A stretch of 64,000 nucleotides of DNA from Octopus vulgaris (lineage: Eukaryota), in NCBI GenBank assembly GCA_951406725.2, contig OX597816.1:128340001-128404000 (forward strand), in the 5' to 3' direction. This document shows, one piece after another, positions 39,405 through 52,204 of the stretch. How positions within the stretch are numbered: position 1 is the stretch's first letter; every line of letters starts with the position of its first letter. The notes below the pieces were generated by a model. The model saw only the letters and a program-made list of their open reading frames with translations. It did not search any database and was not told the DNA's origin. The translations under genes were made by a program, and so were the position numbers.

Positions 39405-39660
39405 ATTTAGTTACAACTGTATATCTAAGAATAAATGTCTGTTGCAAATCCATTGCAGAAAGTTTAACGTTTTTTACAAACACATGTTTCATAACACACT
39501 TCACAATTCTACTAGGTACTATATAGGATCCACAATTAGTTTCAAACATAGATATTTGGCCGATTTAAATTCATTTAAGTATGAAGAGCACAGCAAGTCT
39601 ACCTCTCTTGCTGGCCATGTGCATTATCTTGAGGAAGAAAATTCCCTATATTTCTTAGAT
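39405..39660 (+). mobile_element. Penelope-like element GIY-YIG endonuclease remnant
   Basis: YNCISKNKCLLQIHCRKFNVFYK (Cys cluster plus GIY-like) ... YYIGSTISFKHRY...SFKYEEHSKSTSLAGHVHYL. Confidence 0.85.
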
Positions 39661-39724
39661 AGGCTTTGGTTTCAGTTGGCTCTGATCATGACTAACTTCA
39701 CAGCACCATCTGAAAAAGACAATT

Positions 39725-40845
39725 AATGATGTTTCCTATTACAGTTGTTCTTTGGGTACCATAGCCCATTTGAGTAAAGAGTTATTGCTTGAAGAGATAT
39801 ATCCAGGTGTAAGTGGTTTATCTACAATTCGTTGGAGATATTCATCCAGGAACTATCTGAATGTCATGAGATCTTTTTCTTCTCTTATGTGTCTTAGCAT
39901 GATGATAAAGAGAGCAGAGCCACTGGAGGGGAAATAGTTCTGTCTTAGTATTGTGGTGTGCCACAAGTGTGATTTGTATACAGGATGGATGGTGTGGGGA
40001 TCAAGCTTTGGGTGAATTTTAAATCTGATCCCATCATCATTTGGGCGATACTGTTGGAATATTTTCCACATCATACAAATGATACAAAACTTAGTGGTGT
40101 TGGAGGGAATAGAATTTGTGATTCTTGAGTCAATCTGAATAATTAAGACCTGTCATGCATTGTATGTTTTTGTGATTAGTTTCTGGGATGCTTCAATTTT
40201 TATAATATTCTGTTTCATGTGGACAACAATGTTCAAAGTGAAAATGGGCAAAGATAGAGAAGGATAAATATTAGAGCTTCCCTAGACCAGAAAGTTTAAA
40301 GATCCAAGGTCTCTAGTGGTGTTTGATGCCATGAGGTTTTCACCCAAGGGAAGAGTATATGATAGCTTAAGTGCAGCTTCTTTACTGAAGTGGATTAATT
40401 CAAATTTATTCTCGTTTAGCTGCATATTGTGTTTTTCCGCTTATGGGATAACAACAAGCAGATCCTTCAGCAGATTTGTCAAGTCTCCTACCTTGTTGAT
40501 GACCTTCAGAAGTTTAGTCATCCACGAAAATTCTAATACGGCTTTGTCTGATAACATCAGTGATATCATTAAAGTAAATAATGAAAAAGAACAAGCCCAA
40601 TGCAGTGCCTTGTGGGACGCCACTAATGACTTTTGTTAAGTTTGATCAAACACCATCGATCACCACATATTGGGTTCTGCTCACCAGAAAACATTTAGTC
40701 CACTTTGATAGTTTCCCTTGAACTCCAGCATTGGATAGTTTCTTTAAGAGGATGCTGTGGTCAGCCTTGCTTAAGTCAAGATATATGACACCTGCATTGG
40801 AGCCACTTCTCAAAGCTTTTAGGATGTCGTCAAAGTGATGCAAGA
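39725..40845 (-). mobile_element. CR1/L2-group LINE, RT to 3' end, decayed
   Basis: VIYLDLSKA, SRTQYVVIDG, SGVPQGTALG, IFVDD, NMQLNENKFE, WKIFQ. Confidence 0.88.
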
Positions 40846-41334
40846 GATGTATATGTGTATGTGTATATTATCATCTTTATACACATCCTCCTCCTCCTCA
40901 TCATCATTTTAATGTCCACTTTTTCCTGATGTGTGTGTCTGTGTGTGATATGTCAGGTTACTCTTAGTGCAACTGGTATCATGTAGCACAGTACAACTTG
41001 TACAAGCTATCAGCAACACCAAAAAACAGCAACCTTACCAAGCCTGCTTAGTAGTGAGAGTAGTTTTTATTGGACACCCCACAGGATGTCAATGGGGACA
41101 TGAATCCAGTAAAGTCAATAGCTATCCAATAGTTGGGAGTGAGAGATCTCCCTAGTCTTTGTTCAGACATTTCTCTGAGAGAAGGAAAACTTTGATGTAT
41201 CCCTTGTGACTTTATTCACATCCAATGACGTAGATTAGCTCATGCTTTTGGAAAAAAGTATATTTTGTTAAGAGAGTGGGATTGGTTCAGTGCATGAACT
41301 ACCCTTTAACCCTTCAACATTTAAACTAGTTATA

Positions 41335-41662
41335 TCAGTGGTTAGAACGTTGGGTTCACAATCATAAAGTAGTGAGTTCAATTCATGGACTAGGTTTTGT
41401 GTTGTGTTCTTGAGCAAGACACTTTATTTCATGTTGTTCCAATTCACTCAGCTGTAGAAATGAGTTGTGATGTCAAGCTGTATTGTTTCAAGCTGTAGTT
41501 GCCTTCACATTTCCCTTGGATAACATCAGTGGTATGGGAAGGAGAGACTGGTATGCATAGGTGATTGGTGGTCTTCCATAAGCAAACTTGCCCGGACATG
41601 TACCTTGGAGGGGAACTTTCTAGATGCAGTCCCATGGTGATTCATGACTGAAGGAGGTCTTT
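41335..41662 (+). mobile_element. SINE, family D-related
   Basis: AGTGGTTAGAACG...GAGTTCAATTC head; 3' part shared with 17030-17535. Confidence 0.8.
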
Positions 41663-43499
41663 ATATTCTATATGTATTATGTTCAAATAAGGCAGATCTG
41701 GTCTCTCACACCTGCTCTACAACATTCAAAAACTAAACAATTACATCATTGAAATCTGAAAGCTACATGATAAGAAATAATTAATTTAAAACTATGTGAA
41801 TAAATAAGCATCATATTTGACAGATTAATCTGAATACTAAAAGGTTAAATAGCTTCAGACAATAGCATTGCTTGATTTATTTTTGCATTTCTGTTATGTG
41901 TTGCATAAGTCATAGGTGAACAAAACAAAACACTTCATAAAAATTTCCCTGATAGAATGAAGGCATGTGTCAGTATAGGTGGTAACTCTCTGGACACCTA
42001 CTGTAAGTGGTGCCCATCATTTCCACATCTACGCAAAAGAAATCTGTAGTTCTCAGCAAGAGAACAATCAAGCAATGCTCAATATTGAAAGGCAGCCATC
42101 ATATATACAATAAATGTTTGTGTGTGTGTGTGCGCATGTGTGTGTGTGCATGTGTGTGTGTGCATGTGTCTGTGCACACGCGAAGTTGTGCATTCAGATC
42201 TCAGGCTGGTCGGTTCCCTGATAACATGAAACAAGATCAAAATGAGTTTTAATATGTTGCAGTGCAAGTATATCATCCCAATACATGCAAGCGTAGAAAA
42301 AAACAGATATACAGATATTAGAATAAGAATGACTATATATATATATATATGTATGTAAGAATATATATATGTATGTATGTATATATACATATTTATACAT
42401 GAATATGTGTTTATATATGTGTGTGTGTGTGTTTATGCATGTATGTATGTATATGAAATTACTGATATTTTCAGTGATCTCACATAAAAGAAAATATTCA
42501 TTGATCTATTGAGTAAATTTCCCAAGAAAATATTATTAGTGCAGTACAGTCAGTGTCAGTGCAAACAGTTTAGTGATCTGCAACCAAATATCTTTCATAC
42601 AGTCATACATGAAAGTAAAATGTATTTAATTCTATCTTGATTTTGAAACGACATATACTCTGACAGACACATATATACCTTTGGAAATCATATGTAACTA
42701 TATATAATCATGAAAAGCTACTTATGAATGTGAATAGAAATCAACATGAGAAGTCAATTCTAAAGTGATAAGATGCTTTCAAATATTTAATTTTTGCATT
42801 CCACAAGTTGATTTCCAGAGGTCACAAATGTTTGGAGATAACAAAACCAAGACAATATTATGGTTAAGAAATGAGATAGAAATAAGTAAAATTTTGTTCC
42901 TAATTTTATTATTTTATTATTTCTTGAACAGCTGTCCTCAAGTTTTTTTCTTCAATGTAATTTTACACTGTGAAAATATTTGTAATCTTCAATGTGTTAT
43001 CCAAAAGTTATCACAGGTATTCTTCATGAAAGTTAATAAAATTCTTTCTAATCTTATATCATCTCTCAGCTCACTGGTCACAAGAACGATATCTATGATT
43101 AATAACATATTGGATCTCATCAGAAAAAAAAAAAATCTATCATGTCCAGAAAATATAAGTTATTTACTTTATTCCAATAAGATTTTCTTTGGGCTGAAAT
43201 AGGATTTGGACTGTCAGATGATTGAAGGACTGTAAATACAGACCATACAAAATGAAACTGTAGTTATAAATATTATCAGTAGATACGAGACAAAAACTAA
43301 AGTTAGCTAAGTATTGATATGTTAAATTTTAGGCCAAGAACATGTCTAGTAATTATTATATTACCACACTAACTTGTGACCAAGAAATTCTGCTACAGTT
43401 TTGTTCTTAATATAAATGTTTGCATGAACAATTCTTTGAAACATTTTCTTTAATAATTAGTCTGAGAAGGATTAAAAGACACCCATGATCTTTGTAGTC

Positions 43500-45030
43500 A
43501 CTTTCTCAGACTGGAGAGATCAGTGCATGAGACATGCAACTCCTGCAGGAAATATATGAGTGACTGCAGAAATGAGAGAAAAAATATGAGCCACATCAGA
43601 GACGATGAGAGGTGGAGAAACAAATGTGGTCTGGTGTAGGGATGATATGTAGCTTTCTAGTTAAAAATTCATATTATTGTAGTAGAGGTAGAAGCTGAGA
43701 GAAGAAACAGTGCATCCATAATCCAGAATTTGCAGTGTGTTGGAAAATACATTGCATGGCTTTCTTGTAAATGCAGCCTAAATTATTTGAGAGTGAAAAA
43801 GCAGTACCATCTAAGATGTATGAGTAGTACTCTAATGTGGGTTGTAGTTGTGTTTTGTAGGAAGTTAACAACTGATCAGGGCTCAAGTATTTTCTGCTCC
43901 TGAAGCAGAAGCCTAGTCATTGGTATGCAGTTTTGGTAATGCCACATAAATTGGATTCCTATGAAAGGTTGTCAGAAATTCTGAGACAAAGTATTTGTAG
44001 CAAGCTGGAAATATTTTGTGGAATGTTATTTGTGCACCAAGTCATTGCAATGAAGGTTGTCTTCTTGATATGTATTGCAAGCGAATCTGATTATTTTTTC
44101 TACTGACAACTTTTCCAAAATATTTGTAGATTGAAGGAAAATATATTTCAATTGATATGTCTAAGTAGAGTGTGGATAAGAATCATGTGTAGAAATGTGT
44201 AAACCAGTTCACTGTCCCATCATCTATGTTTCTATAAAGGCAAAGCAACCAGTCTTTTCACAAGTATGCATATTTTCTTTTTCTATGGAGCTTCAGATAT
44301 TTTCTTTACAGAATTTTAAATAATAATGCTTTTATTTTTGTGTTCCAAGAAAATATTTTTTTCTTTGTTAGTGATAAAGTAATATTAAATTTTGCCTTCA
44401 AAGAGTAAAAGGTTTATATCACCTGTGTGTGAGGTTAAAAATTACATGTAAATAATAAATGTGTAGAAGGAACATTGTAGGGGAAAATTAAGTCTTGTGG
44501 TACATCAGAGTTGATAGCATATGTTGTCAATGAATGCCGTAATCGAGCACTGACTGAATCCATGAGGTTGATTTGGGGACAAGAAGTGGCAACTTAACTT
44601 TGGTCAGTCAGAGTCTTTGCTGACACCAATGGCACAACAATTCTTTCATCATAGTTCTCAAAAGCAAGAGATTACTGGAATGTGACAAAGTATAACAATA
44701 TTTTTGAGAGATTTTCTTTGTGGAAACTATGCTGATAGCCACTGAGAAGAAAGAGACAGGTTCAAGATAATGAATAAGTTACTTACAACTAAGCCCATCA
44801 CCTTTAAGATATTGGAAATGAGAGTGAAGGGCAATAATTGGTAGGGATGAGAAAATGTTTTTTCAAAGGGAATGGAACATTGTTGTGTGTTTCCATAGAT
44901 TGGGATCCGTGTAGAGAAAGAAAGGTTGGGTACTTTACTGAAAATAGGGGATAGCAGTGGAGCACACTGTTTGAGGGTAAAGAAAAACCAAAATAAAGAA
45001 CAACCTGGTAATCGCTTTCCAAATGTCAAT
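43500..45030 (-). mobile_element. Old CR1/Jockey-group LINE RT remnant, interrupted near 44180-44460
   Basis: LKQCAPLLSPIFSK...LISNILKVM; INSDVPQ; LLTSYKTQLQPTLEYYSYILDG...IYKKA. Confidence 0.72.
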
Positions 45031-46204
45031 TATTTAAAATTAGGATTGATTTTTAATTGAATAAGATTGTTTCATCAAAAAGGAATGAATCTTTTTTTTA
45101 ATGTTGCTTCTGTGCATTATTACATAAATAGAAATCCCCATGTATTCTAATGGTTGTATCCAGGAAGAAAAATTAAATAAACAATTCTGTAGAGACAGAA
45201 ATGATATTAACAAGGGGAAAATGCTAAAAATACATCATCTGGAAACAATCAGAGTACTGCAAAATGAGAGGGGGAAGAAAAAATAAGTGAAAATGTGAAA
45301 GCAAGAACAGTGAAGAGGAAAAAATAAATGGTAATGATTGCTTGTAATTTGGCAATTACTTTTAAGGTTGGGTTGTGTAGTTGTTCATTTTCTATAATAA
45401 CATTAAGTTAAATGCTTTTATTATTCCTTTGTATTATTTGAATTTTTTTTATTTAACTAGGAAAAGAAAGAATTAAAAATTTTAGGGGATTATGAAGAAT
45501 AGAAACCAAAATTATCAATAACCTTTCCTAGCAATAAAATTTTTTTAATATGTTAAATATTATTCAATGTTAGAGCGACATAGAGAAGATTTTCAATGGT
45601 TATTGTTGTCACTTAACCCCAGGTAAATCTTGATTAAGAAGAACTATGATCAAAGGCATTCCATGTTATTGTCTTATCTTGTTTCCTTCTTTTCTTAAGA
45701 CAGTAAAGTGTTATCTGATGAAAATTTGGTGTTTATTCTAACAGATTGAGCATCCATCACTAATACCCTTGCTGGCCTACATTACAAAGAGATTTTAAAA
45801 CTGAATCAAAATTAAAGGGGAATTTGTTTTATCTCTCATAAATAACTTTAATCAGGATAAAAATCTATGCAAACTAATGTTTTCAATGCAAAACCAATGA
45901 AGTAACATGAAAAAATAGTTTGAAATTTGTCTTTTCCATAACAAAATAACTTATTTCACTATGTGAATTTTTCTATTGACATTTAGTAAAACAGACTATC
46001 ATTAATTTATCTGAATTTTACTGTTTCAACTAGTCAAAGGCATGATGTTGTCATTTAAAAGTTCACTTTATAACCACATTGATCCAGGTTCAATCCCACT
46101 GTACAGCAACTGGGCATGTGCCTTTTGCCATAACCTTCAGTTAACCCTGTGAAAGGAAATTTAGTAGACAAAATCTGTGCAGAAGCTCATCACTTATGTT
46201 CATA

Positions 46205-46827
46205 ATTTTTACAGCCATTCCTTGGACACACCTGTTGAGGTAAGCGAAGTTGAAATCGAACCTCATCCGACGACAGGCACCCATGCCAACCTCCCTTCAT
46301 TGGACACTAAACTCTGCTTGTGAAAACCTGTTGGGGCAAGTGAAATCGGAATCGAAATTGAACCAATCCTATTACTGGCACCCGGCAGTTGCCAGGGCCA
46401 CTGGACTGACTCCTGTGCAGGTGGCAAGTAAAGAAACACGGTTTCGACCCTGTGCTTGAGGAGACCCATTGAGTCAAGTACACCAACATCAAAAATCAAT
46501 GGAAACTGCCATTGTGATCCCTGTGCTGGTGGCACGTAAAAAGCACCATCCGAACGTGGCCGATGCCAGCGCCGCCCAGACTGGCTTCTGTGCCAGTGGC
46601 ACGTAAAAAGCACCAATCCGATCATGGCTGTTGCCAGCCTCGCCTGGCACGTAAAAAGCACCCACTACACTCAAGGAGTGGTTGGTGTTAGGAAGGGCAT
46701 CCAGCTGTAGAAACACTGCCAGATCAGACTGGAGCCTGGTGCAGCCTTCTGGCTTCCCAGATCCCCGGTCGAACCGTCCAACCCATGCTAGCATGGAAAA
46801 CGGACGTTAAACGATGATGATGATGAT
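46205..46827 (+). mobile_element. SINE family B, long young copy
   Basis: Three GGCACGTAAAAAGCACC subrepeats; ends GGAAAACGGACGTTAAAC(GAT)n; near-identical to 18615-18908. A family C head precedes it at about 46070-46190. Confidence 0.9.
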
Positions 46828-47011
46828 TTCTTTCATGCTAGCATGGCTTGGATTTATGTTTCAATGTGATGTCTTACCACATATCATCTCCTTGATAAGG
46901 TTCAGCATCTAAGACATTCGCTATTCCTTCTATCATAACCCTGGTCTGATCAAAGTCTTGTGAGTAGATTTAGTACATGGAAACTCTAATAAGCTCATCA
47001 TATATGCATGT

Positions 47012-47248
47012 TTCTTATTTCTTTTACTGCCCCCAAGGGGCTACACATAGAGGGGACAAACAAGGACAGACAAATGGATTAAGTCGATTATATCGACCCC
47101 AATGCATAACTGGTACTTATTTAATCAACCCTGAAAGGATGAAAGGCAAAGTTGACTTCGACGGAATTTGAACTCAGAACATAGCGGCAGACGAAATACC
47201 GCTAAGTATTTCACCTGGCGTGCTAACGCTTCTGCCAGCTCACCACCT
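47012..47248 (-). mobile_element. SINE family A nested in an old family C copy
   Basis: Full length with TSD TATATGCATGT (47001-47011 and 47249-47259). Confidence 0.88.
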
Positions 47249-47927
47249 TATATGCATGTGTGTGTATGTTTGTATGCAGGTGTGTATATGTGTGCATGTT
47301 TGCATGTATGTGTTCATGTGTGCATTAGTGAGAGCATATGTATGTATATGTAAATGAATTTCCTTTCCATGACAGCATGCTATAGTTGTTAACAAGTTCA
47401 TCATTATATAAGCAGTGCTCCTCATTTTCCATTTGTGAAAACATGTCCCACTGGGATATGATGTGTTGTGTCATGGGTAATGCACATATTGAGCATTTAG
47501 GAAGCTTTGTGAAATCAGTTGTAAAATCTACATCACTCTGAATCTCTTGTTTGAATTTTGATAAATAAATCTTTTATTGTTCAACATAAAGCCTATTTAA
47601 TTTTGTTTACCTCGGACATGTAGTTTCTCAGAAATTCACTTTTCAAATGATGCCAATTTTGGGGAGACACCCTGCATTACTTTACTTGAAAACAGATGAG
47701 GATTAGCAACAGGGAAGGCATCTGGCCATAGAAAATCTTCCTCAATAAATTGTGTCTGACCCATGCAACCATTGAAATGTAGATGTTAAAACAATGATGA
47801 AGATAATTCTGATAACCAGTGTTTTTAAAGTTGGGATGGTCATTGCTGGGATGCTTTTGATCCGAGGTTTCCTCAGTCAGGGATGACAATAATTACATCT
47901 ATTACTACAAAATTAGCCGATTTAAGA

Positions 47928-48240
47928 AGGTGCAGTGGTTAGAGTATCGAGCTCACAATCATGAGATAGTAAGTTTGATTCCCAGACCATACTATGTGTT
48001 GTGTTCTTGAGCAAAACACTTTGTTTCATGTTGCTTTAGTTCACTGTGACATCACTAGTGCAAAGCTGTATTGGCATTTGCCTTTCCCTTAGATAACATT
48101 GGTGGTGTGGAGACAGAAGGCTGGTATGCATGGGCGACTGCTGGTCTTCAATAAACAACCTTGCATGAACTTGTGCCTCTGAGGGCAATTTTCTAGGTAC
48201 AATCCCATGGTCGTTCATGACTGAAGGAGGTCTTTACCCT
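47928..48240 (+). mobile_element. SINE, family D-related
   Basis: GCAGTGGTTAGAG...AAGTTTGATTCC; ends CATGACTGAAGGAGGTCTTTACCC. Confidence 0.8.
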
Positions 48241-49687
48241 AAGAAAGTTTCAAACTAATTTAATCAAGGTAGTAAACAAGTTATATTTGTCAGTAACATT
48301 ATTGCTTCTAAGGTATGAATGAGTGAAAAAGAACCTGGCAATTACTGCTTTATTTAATAACACAAGATTGAACATTGAAAAAGTGTGAGGAAAATCTTTG
48401 CAAGCTGCAAACAAAGTGATGTCAAACCATTGATATTAACCAAAAAGAATATAAATATACAAATGAAATGGTATTGCTTTAGCAATGAAAATTAAAGATA
48501 TGTATGTGAGCTGGAGAAAAAATTGATAGAGGAAAGAGCAGTTAACGATACACTTTTACTAGTTCTATAAAGGAAAATCTATTTCAAAAATACTATTAAA
48601 AATTTAGAGATTTCCTATTAAAGCATAGTGAAATAACTTTTTGGTTCAATATAAATTTTTGTTTTTACCTGAAGCATAGTAAAGAAATATTTTCATTAAG
48701 CAATGAATTAGAAGCATTTTAAAAGATATATCATTAAATTTAAGCTTGGTGAAATATTTTTCTTTTATTGTACTTAATTCTGTGGAAACCAGAGTCATCC
48801 AGTCATGTGTATATTGAGCCAATATATTTTGTTTAGCTATAGTTTGTTTTTAGTTATAGCTTGTGTATTTTATTAAACGTTGTATGTGTGTACTTGTTAA
48901 ATTGTTTGTGTGTTCAGTTATGTATTTAGTAAAGGCACCAAGTAGAAGAGAAAACAAAATATAATTCAGCACCCACAAAATAAAACTCAACATATAAATA
49001 TAACTGTGATTAAGTGCATTTCCTACAGAATTAAATTGAAACGATGGAAAAATTATTTCAATAAATTACTTGTGTGTTTACAATGTTTTGTTTCAGTATT
49101 ATTGTGTACTACAGAAAACACTACTAAATATATCTATAAATTTTTAGTAAACATTCAATGTATAGGCACCTATAAACACCCTATTTGTACACATGATACT
49201 TTCATGAACAGAAAAAAAGGAGCAGCTGGACTAGTTTTAATTGTGTGTTGAAATTTCATCAGCAACTGATATATGCAAATTGATCCATAAATTTACTTAA
49301 ATCCTTAGTAACATGGGTTTCTTATAAACATTTCCATGGAAAGTTAAAGTGGGTACTTAGTCACTGATCAAATCACTACATAGCATTGAAATTTATCTCT
49401 AACTGATATCTCTTTTTCTGCCCATAAAGATTTTGTATATGGACGCACAGTGTTTATACCTATCTACATACACAGTGTTGATGAAAATATCTATAGATAT
49501 ATTCTGTAGTACAGTTTAGCATAAAAATTATTGTATTTTACAGCAATAGGAACTTATCTAAAAACTATTACTAGTGATGAAATTAGAGATGTTTTTTCTG
49601 TATATAATCGATTTGAATAAATAAAGATTTCTATGAACAAAATTAATATTTCATTTTTATTGATTAAACTCTATCATTAGCTATCTT

Positions 49688-49910
49688 ATCATCATCATCG
49701 TCCATTACCTATGGGTTGAACAAACTGTGATGGGTTAGACAGATTGCCCAGAGCTGGTAAGCTGGGGAGCTGCATCAGACTCCAGTCTGATTTGGCATGG
49801 TTTCTACAGCTGGATGCCCTTCCTGACTTTATAGAGTGTTATGGGGTGCTTTTACATGGCATCAAACAGGCGTTTTTATGTGGTGCTGCATAGATGCTTT
49901 TACATGGAAC
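49688..49910 (-). mobile_element. SINE family B, old copy
   Basis: CTCCAGTCTGATTTGGCATGGTTTCTACAGCTGGATGCCCTTCCT. Confidence 0.75.
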
Positions 49911-49919
49911 ATATAAAAG

Positions 49920-50223
49920 AGAATATATGTCTATATATATATATATATATATCCCAGGTTGAGTCGGGTTAACCACAGTAATAAGGTACTCTAGAACTGT
50001 TTCATTCAAAAGAAATCATCAGGAAGCTAGGTGACTCTACATTTAGGCAGGTTTGGTGGTGGTGGGGCTTTTGGGTAGGATGGCGCAAACTATATATATA
50101 TATATATATATATATAAGGAGACTCTACTATACACACATATATATATATATATATACACATACACACACATACACATATATATATATATAACACACACAC
50201 ATACAAAATAAAAACACACACAC

Positions 50224-50279
<56 letters not shown>

Positions 50280-50412
50280 TATTGAGGTAAATTAATTAAT
50301 TAATCAATTTCACCAAGTGTTCAGTATGTAAAAGGACCATTTAAGGCGATCAAAATATTACATTATATAATCAGGGCTTAGTAAATAAATTACTTTGCAC
50401 ATACTGAACTTA

Positions 50413-50452
<40 letters not shown>

Positions 50453-51079
50453 CATACACATACACACATACATCCATATACACATGTACATATGCACCCA
50501 TTTACATACATATGTACACACCCATATCCATACTCATACATACACTCATATCTCTACACACATATATAAAAATAAATATAAATAAATACAAAAACAAATA
50601 TAAAGGAGGATATACATCCCCAACACACACGCTCACATATCAATAAAAAAAAAAAAAACACACACACATACACCTATATACACACATACATACCAACACT
50701 TATATATATATATATACATACACATATACATACATATACATACACATATACACATACATATGCATATACATGCACACACATACACACATGTTTCTTCCCT
50801 AATTTTAATTTTATCTTTATCTTTACCTTTATTTTTATTTTGACCTCGACCCCATATATATATATGTATGTGTGTGTATATATATATATATATGTGTATG
50901 TGTGTGTATGTGTATATATATATATATATATATGTGTGTATAAGTGAGCGTCTCTATTTACCTAAACTCTATTATTCTATTTATTCTTTTATCTACTTTA
51001 TCACTGTTCTTTGACCCTCCTAAGAACATAGTTTGCATGCCTACCCAAATCACCCACTACACTCTCTATAAAATAAAAT

Positions 51080-51112
<33 letters not shown>
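49920..51112. repeat. TA/CA microsatellite cluster containing several short inserted elements
   Basis: Non-microsatellite islands at about 49952-50092, 50281-50412 and 50941-51085 between (TA)n/(CA)n tracts. Confidence 0.8.
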
Positions 51113-51117
<5 letters not shown>

Positions 51118-51303
51118 TAAAATCACCCACAACACCTCGAAATGGTTGATATTAGGAAGGGCATCCAGCTGTAGAAACTCTGCCAGATCAGATTGGAGTC
51201 TGGTGCAGCCATCTGGTTTGCCAGACCTCAGTCAAATCATCCAAATCATGCTAGCATGGAAAGGGGACGTTAAACGATGATGATGATGAGATAGATAGAT
51301 AAG

Positions 51304-51381
<78 letters not shown>

Positions 51382-51382
51382 T
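51113..51382 (+). mobile_element. SINE family B 3' part followed by (GATA)n
   Basis: GGACGTTAAAC(GAT)n, then (GATA)n at 51289-51382. Confidence 0.85.
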
Positions 51383-51796
51383 AGCCTGAATTTTATAGTG
51401 TTAATTATCCATCACGGCTGTTCATATCAATCTGTGTTGTGTGAAAATGTATAATGGAGTGTTAGGCAACAAACCAGTTATATAATACACACTTGTCAGA
51501 GAAAGCCAACATGGAAGGGGGAAATGGCAACCACCACATATGAACTGAACTCACTTTATCTCCAATGCTGTCCAAAGATTGGAAGTATGAAACTTGGATT
51601 AATGGCTAGTGAATTTTCAGCTTCCAATAACTGACACAAGTCACTATTTTGTTAGTGGGTAGGGCATTCAAAAGCTTTATAGCTACAGGGATTTTAATGA
51701 GAATGTTAAGGGTGGAAGAGAGAAAACAGCTAAGCAGTCTAGTTCATTATCGACCTATAAGGTAATGTCTGAGTTAACTATATATGTATCTCCTTA

Positions 51797-51935
51797 AGTT
51801 CAAATTCTGCTGAGGTTGACTTTGCCTTTCATCCATTCAGGGTCGATAATTTAAGTACCAGTTGCTGGGGTCGATCTAATCGACTGCCCGCCCCTCTCCA
51901 GAAAATTTTGGGCCTTGTGCCTAGAGTAGAAAAGT
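51797..51935 (+). mobile_element. SINE family A, 5'-truncated
   Basis: AGTTCAAATTCTGCTGAGGTTGAC...CCTAGAGTAGAAAAG; flanked by the direct repeat TATATATGTATCTCC. Confidence 0.8.
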
Positions 51936-52204
51936 ATATATGTATCTCCCTGTTATTCATTCTATTAGATTTTATTCTATTTTATGTCAACTTTATTTCA
52001 CTAGGATTTGAAATGGGAATGAAAATAAGATGAAACTAAGGGTACATATTAAAGAAAAATAACTTAAATAGTGGCTCAGGGTTATAACAGGGAGAGGATG
52101 GTGACAATAACGAGAATGGAAGATAATATTATGTAAATGGTATAGGTGAGGTTATATAAGTTATGAAAATATTGATATCAAATTACGAAATGAAATCAAG
52201 CAAA

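Noticed and set aside
42765-43202. 145-aa ORF
   Set aside because: Very AT-rich, non-ATG start and no recognisable motif.
46500-46670. CRISPR-like repeat-spacer pattern
   Set aside because: Internal subrepeats of a eukaryotic SINE with irregular spacing and no cas genes.
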